DNA of 62,981 bases, counting the filler, from Lenisia limosa (taxonomy: Eukaryota > Protista > Breviatea): NCBI GenBank assembly GCA_001655205.1. It is 8 parts of 8 records of this genome, joined end to end, with 100 filler letters (N's around TTAATTAATTAA, not from the genome) between each part and the next. Parts side by side here need not be neighbours in the genome. Positions count along the whole stretch, not along the records: positions 1 to 6,217 come from LPNZ01006590.1; positions 6,318 to 19,230 come from LPNZ01009430.1; 6 more parts are not named here. One strand, 5' to 3'. The notes beneath the pieces are model-generated. The model had not been told where the DNA came from. It did not search any database and saw only the letters and a list, made by a program, of their open reading frames with translations. Each line of letters starts with the position of its first letter. The stretch's first letter is position 1. Made by a program: the position numbers and the translations under genes. Positions 1-9,400 of this stretch are shown in pieces.

Positions 1-516
1 TAGCTGTAGGGAAGGGCGGCTTTTGGGATATATCGGGGAGGAGTTATCTGGATCGATATATTACTTCTGCCAGAGATGATATCTTTGGTCAAAAGGTTAA
101 GATGGTTATCTTTCAAACCTGTCTACATCCAAAACAGACTGAATCCGGAAAATAATAAAAATAAACAGTGTATGTATCTTCTCTCAAGTACCTTTGAAAA
201 TATAATAATAACACAATAATATATTATACCTTTTTTAAGCACAGGGACTGAGCCCATTCACCCTCTACAAGGTATTTTTGCTCCAGCGATTTGGACAACG
301 ACTCACTAACTTGTCTCTCGTGAAGTACCTTTCAGCTTTGTGGGTGTTGGAATTTGTTTCTTGTTTGATCGTTTTTTTTTTCTTCTTGATAGATACTATT
401 CAATTCCTGCCTCTCCTGACCATATTATATGTTTCCTGTTTTGCATCCCACACGCACATAGATATAGTATATATTCAGTTATTCCTTGCAACCCCCCCTA
501 TCCTCATACTTGAGGA

Positions 517-916
517 ATGGGATGCTGCAGAAGCGGATGAACTGCATTTTTTTTTTGTTGGTGTTTATGAAATCTCATGTGTTTCTCAAATGTTTAACCA
601 AGAGGGTTGATTTTGTTTTTGTACATTTTCCATATTGATTTACGACTCCAGCGCCTCGAAGCACTNNNNNNNNNNNNNNNNNNNNNNNNNNNNNNNNNNN
701 NNNNNNNNNNNNNNNNNNNNNNNNNNNNNNNNNNNNNNNNNNNNNNNNNNNNNNNNNNNNNNNNNNNNNNNNNNNNNNNNNNNNNNNNNNNNNNNNNNNN
801 NNNNNNNNNNNNNNNNNNNNNNNNNNNNNNNNNNNNNNNNNNNNNNNNNNNNNNNNNNNNNNNNTTTGGTTTTTTTTTTTGTTTCATAAAATTTTCAATT
901 TTTTTTTCCCCCCCTC
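517..916 (+). repeat. Composite dispersed repeat (B unit then A unit ending in a C-tract), interrupted by an N gap
   Basis: ATGGGATGCTGCAGAAG (517-533), AACCAAGAGGGTTGATTTTG (~595-615) and TTTTGTTTCATAAAATTTTCAATTTTTTTTCCCCCC (864-916) match the copies at 24614-24755, 56835-57169 and 59367-59457. Confidence 0.55.
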
Positions 917-1058
917 TTATCTCCTAGGGGGTTGGGGGAGGAATAGCACCACTCTAATTTTCATCACTCATCATTTGTTCCATCTTAATTCATCACTCAT
1001 CATTTGTTCCATCTTAATTCATCACTCATCATTTGTTATTTCACCTTAATTCCTGCAG

Positions 1059-4000
1059 CATTTGAGATTACGCAGCAGTCAGCCTTTGTCAATGACTGGC
1101 CATCACACCTGCATCACATTGAACAGTTCCATTCCGGTACTCGAAAGTATGTTTCATGGGAGGGAGGTGGTCAAAAGTATGTTTCATGGGGGACGTAGGT
1201 GTTGGGAGAAAGAGTTACACAGTGCATGTCCTGACTCGAATGAGCAAAGATGAAGCTGGGTATCCGTTTCAGGATTTATCGCGGTCAGGTGAGTATACCC
1301 AGTATGCTGGGGAGGTTCGCAGAAAGCTGTGTGCACAGAGTTGTAAGGCAAATGATTGGGTGAATTAATATTTTACTATAATCCAATATCTCTTAAGAGT
1401 GTGATAGTGTGGACGGCCTCTGCCAGATACAACCTTATTTTTTATTTCTCATTGCTATATATTATACAATATATATGATGTGTATAATAAATATGACATG
1501 TTGTTCCCCAGATTCTACTTCTATATCGATCAAAGGAACTGACACACCCCTCTATCTCTCACTACTCCAACCAGTGCTTCACTTTGGTTCAAAATAGACC
1601 GGTAAAATATCGACAGTTTTCGATGATTCAGTCTTTTTTGAACCGAATTGAAGCCCTAATTCCAACCCCACAGCTATTCGCACTTCATGTCCTACCACGG
1701 TCCAAACACATACCCTGCAGGCTTCAATTACCTCTACTCTACACTGTACATGGTCACTGGAGGGTCTCTTCAGGGCTTCCAGGTAAGGAGCATAACTAGG
1801 GCTTCACTTCGGTTCAAAAAACAGACTGAATTTCTCGATAAATCCTCGAATACTATCGATATTTTATCAGTCTTTTTCGAGCAGAAGTGAAGCCCTAGGC
1901 ATAACTCTCACATTTTTGTTCTCTTAAACACTTAAACGAGATATTGCACTAGTTTTGCGTAATATGATGTTTACATAGGGAATGTCTGTATGTAGGATGG
2001 AGGTGTATGATTAAGTTGTTTACTACCAAGATAAGTTTTTACCCCCCCCCCCCCNNNNNNNNNNNNNNNNNNNNNNNNNNNNNNNNNNNNNNNNNNNNNN
2101 NNNNNNNNNNNNNNNNNNNNNNNNNNNNNNNNNNNNNNNNNNNNNNNNNNNNNNNNNNNNNNNNNTCCTTAGATAATTTGGGCACTTCTTGAGGCCGGTC
2201 ATCTCCTCGGCTTGGCACTCTTCTCCCGGCACCTTGGACTGAACCCAGTAATATGTCTGTTGCCGTTCGCCTCCAACAGGCTTCATTTATATAACGTATG
2301 CTTGGGAGGCACGCAGAAAGCTGTGAGCATAGAGTTGTAAGGCAAGTGATTGGTGAATTAATATCATACTATAATGCAATATTTCTTATATGTGTGATGG
2401 TGTGGACGGCTTCGGCCGGATTGGGTATTTCTCATTGCTATATTATATAATGTGGGTGGCATCATTGTGTATTATTAATTTTTTTGAAGAATTTAATTTG
2501 TACCTTGAAAGCTGTGACTCTTATTGTAAAACAAATGTTTGGGTGAATTAATATTATGCAATAATCCAACCTGTCTTCTGCTTCTCTGCCGTCTTCTCGT
2601 GGTCTTCCACATTATTATGCTAATTAAGAATGCTGATGATTGTAATATTAAATAGTCAAAAAGATCACCCCCCCCCACCAGGTTCGTGTTGTTGTTAACG
2701 ACTTACCAACTATGGTCATTCTTCACTTGGCATTGGCGGCTTTGGTTTGTGATAGGTGGGATGGGATTCATGCCCAATCGGGTAATTTCAATTTGATATG
2801 TGTGATAAGGAAACAGGGAATAATTTGATTTTTCCAATAATGCTATGTTATTATGCTGATTGAGTTGCTCATTATACATTTTATGTAATACATGTATGTT
2901 TAGCCCTCTTCCCGCTCTATTGGTGCCTTCTTTTTATGTAATATTTTTTGTCATATTGAGTGATCGCTCTTGTCTCAACTTCTTCTGAAATAGCGCTAAA
3001 GCACAACTAGCTCAACAGAAACAATAGATAATGCAACAGTCAGGCAGGTTACGGTTGGACCCTCTGGGTGCTGTGTAGGTGATTAATTCTATAATACAGA
3101 CAAATTACGAAAGTAGTAATAGTTATAATTGGGATAATTTATTTTTTGTTCATCAAACCGAATTCCAAATTTGGTGAAGGACTGTGAAGCTGTATCGCCA
3201 GGCAGGGAATTGTGACAAAGAATTGCAAATGTAAATCAATACTACGGCGGCAATATAGGACACTAGTCTTAATTACATCAGCAAGTTTATAATTATGTTC
3301 TTTGATAGCCTGGTTTGCCCTCCCCCTACCTTGGTTTCTTTCATTTCCGAAAATACTACTCTCAGCAATTGATAAAGCCCATATTTGAGATCTAGTATGT
3401 TAATTTTGTTATTTTTTCGATCCAATTATCTTTACTTATTGTTTTCTTCTTTAATCGCACTTATCACTCTCCAGACCTCCATTTGGCCATGTACATCACC
3501 CCATATCTTAGCGTTGTCCGGTACCTCAAGATTGTATAAATATTCTAATTTTACCCCTCCCTACCTTGGTTACACATATCTCTCCATTTTTATGATCCAA
3601 CATCTTTATTAGTTTCCTCTTGCCCCCTCCCCTTCCCGCTGTTTGATGATTTGTTCTAGGGTTTTTGATTCTCTCTTTTGTCTATTAATTCAAAAACTCT
3701 ATTTTCTCCCCTCCAGACCCTTCTTAAGCTAAAACACCCCACCAACCCTACAGACCTCTGGTGTTCTCTCTGGTATATGGCTTCGCCCTCAGTACGAAAC
3801 TAAACCTTATTCTCTACGGTCCGGGAATAGCGGCTGTTTGTTGGGCGTCGTACGGCTTGATGTCGTCGTCTCTCTACGCCACTGTAGTCATTTCTGTCAA
3901 CGTAGGCCTCGCCTTGCCTTTTATGGTAGTTGACTGGCGGGCCTATGTCACTTCTGCGTTTGATTTGAGTCGTACCCTTTTATGGTAAGTGTGTTGACTG

Positions 4001-6217
4001 TGGTGAACTGAACTGTATTATTGATAATATTTTTGCCTTTTTTTTACTATCTGTCGTTCCCTATACCCCCATTAATAATAACTTTCAATAAGGGTTTACT
4101 TCGGTTCAAAAAAGACCAGTAAAATATCTGTAGTTTTCGAGGATTTATCGAGTCTTTTTTCGAACCGAAGTGAAGCCCTACTTCCAATAAGGAGACAATA
4201 TTGGGATATGGATACGCTTTTTCGGTCTTTTCTATTACTTCCAATGAGGAGAAGACATTTGAAGCATGTATATTGATATAAACTCAAGGGATACGAGCGT
4301 CCTTATTACTAATTCTTCCTCAAGGGAGAAGACACGAGTGTTGAAATGGCTTGGTAGAGACCTCTATAACAGCCCTCTCTTCTCAAAGTACCTTGTGAGG
4401 GGGTGGAGCAATGTTTGCATGAAAAAGGGGGGGCAATGTTTTGGGCTTCACTGTTCGAAAAATTTCGGGACAATATCGATATATTTCGAAGATTTATCGA
4501 GAAATTCAGTCTTTTTTTAACCGAAGTGAAGCCCAAGCAATGCTGCATGAAAGAAGAAAAAAAAAAGGGGGGGGGGTTGATTGGAAAATAGCGAGGAGGG
4601 AGGAATAAAGGAATACAGGTGAGTAGACTTGGAGAGATAAACAGGAACAACCCATGTGGTTTTTCATATTCATTGGAACTCTTTACCTGTTCCACATTTT
4701 GGAATAATTTAATTTTCCCATTACCTCAGTCCTCGTTCAACTTACCAAACAGTGACAGTAAATGTAATAGTTCAACTTACCAAATATAGACAGTAACTGG
4801 AGGAGTGATTACGGTCCTCGCAGCTTCACTGTTGGCGTATCGCCTTAGTAAAATGGCCAGCCCACAGGCTCTCCAAACTGTAGGATGAGGGGTATAATGT
4901 ATGTGGCGAAATTTTCTTCATTTTATTGATTATATAAACATGATTCTCATTGATTAGAAACGAGAAAAGGCCCTAGCGTTGGTCATGTCCAACTTTATTA
5001 TGGTGGCTTTCGCTCGTGGACTCTACACCCCCTTTTTATGCTGGTGAGAGGCAACCATTGCTTTTGGCTTAATATACATAATATACTAGGCGCATACAGA
5101 ACACCAACACCATTAATTGTTTACCGGTGAATAATGGACCAAATGGGAGCGAAGTGACCTCTTTGGGACATGATTTATCAGTATGTCATTTATCATCATC
5201 TTCATCCTCGTCGTCATCATCATCCTCGTCGTCATCATCATCACCTTCGTCATCACCATCACCAACAAATCTTTCGAATTACCCCCCTCCACTACCCAGG
5301 TACTTCTACACTTTCCCCATGACTCTCAGTCTTGCAAATGTTGAAACTCTCACAGTTAGAGGGGGGATGTGGGATTAAAAATGGGTAAATTATTCAAAAA
5401 AAAAGCCCAAAATCAACTTTGTTGGCTTGGAGGGGGGTTTAAGTGTTGATTGGGGTGGTGATGAAGTTGGAATTTGGGTCTATAACAAATTCTGAAAATC
5501 TGAAATTCTACATAAGAACTCCAAGTCGATGCACCAGAGTGGAAGGAAAGTTCCAGGAACTATGGTACATCGACTTGGAATTCTTGTGTGGTGTTTCAGA
5601 TTTTCATATTATATTATAGAATTCCCAAATAGCAACTTTTTTATCAGAACCAAAGCCATTCGACTTTGTGTTTGTGTACCAATATATATATATATATATA
5701 TATATATAAGGAGAAAACCTGGCTAATTTGGGAACAAAAAGAAGTCATAGGGGGACATCGATTTCTTGGGTTGTTGGTAGGGCTCAGAAACCGGTAAAAT
5801 ATCTATAGTGTTGTAGGATTTATAGACTCAGTCTTTTTTTCTAATCAATGTGAAGCCCTTCTTGTTGACAGGAAGGAGGTTCTTGAAGAATACCCGTTTG
5901 GGCTTCCCTACGCTCTCAAAAAAGACTGAATTTCTAGATAAATACTATATAAATATCGATATTTTGACGGTCTTTTTCGGACCGTATCCGACCGTATCAA
6001 TAACTCATCGAAATTTCTTGCCAATTCTCCCCTTTTGTTTTGTAACAAATGCCCATTTTACTTCCCCCCTCATCCCGAAGGTTACAGCAATCTTCCTTCT
6101 CCACGAGATAACCTGGAGGAATTTCGACAGTCTCTTCACTGAAATGGTTTCCAGTTTCCTTTGGAACGCTTCAATGGCTGTGTCCGTGGCCTTTGTCTTG
6201 TGTAAATGTGGGGGGCG
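1059..6217 (+). CDS. ALG3: ALG3-like Dol-P-Man-dependent mannosyltransferase (GT-C fold), multi-exon; start not resolved, 3' end truncated by scaffold end
   Basis: Hand-spliced exons 1059-1146, 1674-1782, 2173-2295, 2682-2755, 3754-3984, 4325-4394, 4790-4879, 4958-5043, 5300-5354, 6081- join in frame. They give NDWPSHLHHIEQFHSGTRNYSHFMSYHGPNTYPAGFNYLY..ASNRLHLYNVRVVVNDLPTM..STKLNLILYGPG..FDLSRTLLWEKT..SNFIMVAFARGLYTPFLCWYFYTFP..HEITWRNF. These are colinear with the ALG3 motifs EIDW, GPLVYPAGF, RIHSIYVLRLFND, KMNILL, FDLGR, SNFIG..SRSLHYQFY.WY and ELSWN. A possible upstream exon lies near 286-380. Confidence 0.8.
1302..1470 (+). repeat. ~160-bp intronic repeat starting GTATG, with two hairpins (copy 1)
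   Basis: GTATGCTGGGGAGGTTCGCAGAAAGCTGTGTGC...GTGAATTAATATTTTACTATAATCCAATATCTCTT...GTGTGGACGGCCTCTGCCAGATACAACC; lies inside the ALG3-like intron 1147-1673. Confidence 0.85.
1572..1658. mobile_element. ~90-100 bp TA-flanked MITE (TIR TAGGGCTTCACTTCGGTTC), degenerate left end
   Basis: Ends CAGTGCTTCACTTTGGTTCAAAA and TTTTTTGAACCGAATTGAAGCCCTA are inverted repeats. Confidence 0.75.
1797..1897. mobile_element. TA-flanked MITE, TAGGGCTTCAC family
   Basis: TAGGGCTTCACTTCGGTTCAAAAAACAGACTGA...TCAGTCTTTTTCGAGCAGAAGTGAAGCCCTA: ~30-bp imperfect TIR with TA at both ends. Confidence 0.85.
2296..2450 (+). repeat. ~160-bp intronic repeat (copy 2); begins exactly at the 5' splice site of an ALG3-like intron
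   Basis: Exon ends ...TATAAC|GTATGCTTGGGAGGCACGCAGAAAGCTGTGAGC; contains CGGC-TTCG-GCCG at 2407-2418. Confidence 0.85.
4089..4180. mobile_element. TA-flanked MITE, TAGGGCTTCAC family
   Basis: TAAGGGTTTACTTCGGTTCAAAAAAGAC...GTCTTTTTTCGAACCGAAGTGAAGCCCTA. Confidence 0.85.
4441..4536. mobile_element. MITE, TAGGGCTTCAC family
   Basis: TTGGGCTTCAC...GTGAAGCCCAA inverted ends with the family ATCGATAT/GATTTATCGAG core. Confidence 0.75.
5192..5263. repeat. (TCA/TCG)n trinucleotide microsatellite in an intron
   Basis: ATCATCATCTTCATCCTCGTCGTCATCATCATCCTCGTCGTCATC..., inside the ALG3-like intron 5044-5299. Confidence 0.8.
5381..5426 (-). repeat. A-unit repeat in reverse orientation, just after a donor G-tract
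   Basis: GGGTAAATTATTCAAAAAAAAAGCCCAAAATCAACTTTGTTGGC is the reverse complement of the A-unit consensus CCAACAGAGTTGATTTTGGGCTTTTTTTGTTTCATAAA. Confidence 0.65.
5778..5985. mobile_element. Two adjacent degenerate TAGGGCTTCAC-family MITEs (5778-5859, 5898-5985)
   Basis: Both carry the family AAAAAGACTGAATTTCT.GATAAAT..ATCGATATTTT..GGTCTTTTT core and partial GAAGCCCT ends. Confidence 0.65.
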
Positions 6218-6317
6218 NNNNNNNNNNNNNNNNNNNNNNNNNNNNNNNNNNNNNNNNNNNNTTAATTAATTAANNNNNNNNNNNNNNNNNNNNNNNNNNN
6301 NNNNNNNNNNNNNNNNN
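6218..6317. other. Artificial scaffold linker (N44-TTAATTAATTAA-N44)
   Basis: Exactly 100 bp with a six-frame-stop core at 6262-6273. Confidence 0.97.
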
Positions 6318-6416
6318 TGATGTGTCGAGGGACTCTATGTAAAAGTTGAGGATTGATGTGTCGAGGGACTCTATGTAGTGTGCAGTTTTGTTAACCTCAT
6401 TTCTTTGACTTTCAGT

Positions 6417-9400
6417 TCTTGTATGGAATATTGGGATTGCAGGGCTTACATTCATAACGTCAAATACCCAAATCTTAACGACAACATTCTTGACCGTATC
6501 AGTGCTGATGACTGCGTGTGTATTGCAGGTTACGAGAAAAAGGAAGGTACCTGTTCACAGTGCCTTGTTGGTACATTTAAAACGAATCCATCGGACAGCG
6601 CATGTACAATGTAGGCCTGCAGTTCATATTTTTAATGAAGTTCCACTTTTAAAACCCAGTGAGATCATTTAGCGAATATTCTTCAAGTTGGGCTTTTGCT
6701 GAATAAATTTTCCAATTTTACTCCCCAGGTGTCCCACGGGAACCACGAACGCCATAAAGGGCAGCACCACAGTTGGGGACTGCTCACCATGCTCGGTATA
6801 TATGGATGAAACCGGCACGTGTCAGACTTGCAGTCATTCCGTGTTCTCATTTGGCCCTGGGCCTTATGTCGTTACTAGCAATGACGTTTGTATTGGTAGG
6901 GGGTTGTAAGCGATTGTAATACTGATGTTACTATCTTACTTTTGGATCTAACGAACTTATCAGGAGTGCCGTGTACCGGGGAAATTAACTGCGATCTTAT
7001 CTGCTCTGTTTGCGGGATCAAGATATGGTTATGAAATCATAAAAGGCGGTCAGGCTGTTATCTTGGGCTGTGTCTATTATAATGAATAACATATGATCAG
7101 TAGATGAGTATATGATCAATAAATATCATACCGACCAATTATTAAGATGAGTTGAAGCTATCATGGAGAACTGTTCTTTTGAGGCCTGGGTGACCTTCCA
7201 GGAGTCCACGATGTTCCGCAATTCATCAGGTTGTTTCCAATGCCCTGAAGGTTGGGTTGTTGGAAATGTCAAATAGAAATGTAATGACCGGAGGTTGTTA
7301 TAGTTAATTTAACTTTAGTATAAATAATGTTTCGACTGTTTCCAACCTATTACATAGTACTATATAAGTAAGGCCTCTCACAATTCAGCTACCATTTCAA
7401 CTGGAGATTACTTCAATGGCTGCATATCACCCCCGGATGGATACTACACAGTTGACAGGCTATCCATCACAAAGTGCCCTCGTTTGTTGGGGTGTTGTGG
7501 AAATGGATTGTGTCACGCCTGTATTCGCAATATGTCATAAACATGTTACAAATCAATTTAGTGATGTTGTGATACAGCTTTTCAATTTTATTCCACTTTT
7601 CATACCCAGTAATCACCCCCCCTCCGCCGGCTCCTATTGGAGATAGTGCCCTCACCAAGTATATCTTTCTGTTCCAACCATTTTCAATGTGATTGTATGT
7701 CGAAAATTAATAGTACTCTATCTTTCCACTTCTTTTTAAGTTACCTTCAATTCACATTGTTCAGCGGGAGAATGGTCTTTCAAAGGCAGCGCGTGTGCCT
7801 CTTGCCCCCCTACCAGCTACCTAGTTGATAACCTTGGCTGTGTTAAATTTGACTTCTTGGTTGGCAGAAAAATATGGTACTCCATGCTTCGAGTTAGCAA
7901 TATTAATTTTGTATAATACTGCAGACGGCTTGATAATGTCAATTACTTCATGTTTTATCTGTACAATATTTTACGAATTTCACAATATCTAACTTCCGCC
8001 AGACTCACGGAGGTAAAACCGCTTCCACAGTGATATGTTCATCGCCTTTTGAAACAGTTTATGGTTGGTATGGTCGATTATTGTCAGGATTGTGAGGCGA
8101 AAAGGTTGTTACATTTTCTGGGTAGGTTTTACTATTTATAAAGGGAGATTTAAATCTGAGATAGATTTAGATACTAATCCTAGAGATTATATCCCATCCC
8201 CAAAAGTATATATTAGAGGTATACAGGCTTTACTGAAAAGAATCGATGGATTTTATTAAAGATATAAAATATTTAAAATCAAAGCATATCTACAAACGTA
8301 GTCTACAGTTACCTTTCAGACTCTGGTTCCGGTAACGTCGAATGTCTGCTGTGCCCCCTTGGTCAATATAGTGTTAATGGGACGACTTGTCAAGACTGTC
8401 CTCTTGGTAGGAGGCTTGTTCACTGCTTTTGTGTTACTATTCTTGGAAACCAATCGAATTGTTATTGATATCCCATATGCTGGGGCTGTACTCCGGTCTT
8501 GGACCTCAGGATATTGAGGCTATTCTCCGGTCTTGGACCTCATGATACTGGGGTTGTACTCCGGTCTTGGACCTCGTGATATTGGGGCTGTACTCCGGTC
8601 TTGGACCTCATAAAGCTGGGACTGCATTGCAAAGATCAGTTAACTCGAAGTGCACGTAAAGCGATGATTGATCGGGACAGTTCAGTCGTTTTCTGAATAG
8701 GAGTTAAGCTAATGATCCTTATCAAATTAAATATCTGAAATAGTATATTATACCTTCTCGGTATACACCCAAGTATGTGAAGTTGATTAGAATACTGGTC
8801 ATATATTTTTTACAGCTTGATAGCTATGTTTTCTTTTTTGAGCAGGAGAAATAATACACAAACATTAAAAATCTAGGGAACAAATAAATACATAGAAATA
8901 CCATAAACAAATACCATTCCGCGCCCACGCTTATTTATTCAATTTCGTAGTGCAAGCAGCATTTCATATATCGTCATATTTAACTAACTAGGAAACTACT
9001 GTGCCACAGGCAGACTGGATGAGTGCCCAGCTCACACTAAAACGCTTTTGACGAAGTCCACTGACATCGTAAGCTGGGCTGGAGAAGCGGATATTTTTAT
9101 CACTTTTTCTTATGTATATGTTCTTTTTTTTTTGCATCATTGAACTTTCATTTTTAACATCACAATTTTAATCAAATTTATATATTAAATTGCTTTGATC
9201 TTTCGAATGCAGTCACCCGTTTTCAATCAAAAGAAATACTGTAAAGCCCATTGGGAGAATATCTTTGGAATTTCATCAAACACACTTTTAACAGCACATT
9301 ACTGTCACCCACTTTCCGTGTACAGACCCATGACTGGTGATTTAGCATTCATTATACTACTTATAAGCGATGGTATTGACAGCGTCGGCCAGATAAAACC

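Noticed and set aside
1302-1470. snoRNA assignment for the ~160-bp repeat
   Set aside because: There is no convincing C/D box pair, and the hairpins are too short for H/ACA; it is left as an unclassified element.
5127-5378. Poly-Ser ORF; likewise the PITPIT ORF at 18056-18376 and the TH-rich ORF at 27259-27501
   Set aside because: These are translations of simple-sequence repeats; the first and third lie inside introns of identified genes.
6262-6273. TTAATTAATTAA palindrome as a biological motif
   Set aside because: It is always centred in exactly 44+44 Ns, so it is a synthetic six-frame-stop linker.
8482-8622. Possible CRISPR array (also considered for 36854-36964)
   Set aside because: Units are head to tail with no unique spacers, no cas genes are present, and the context is a eukaryotic intron.
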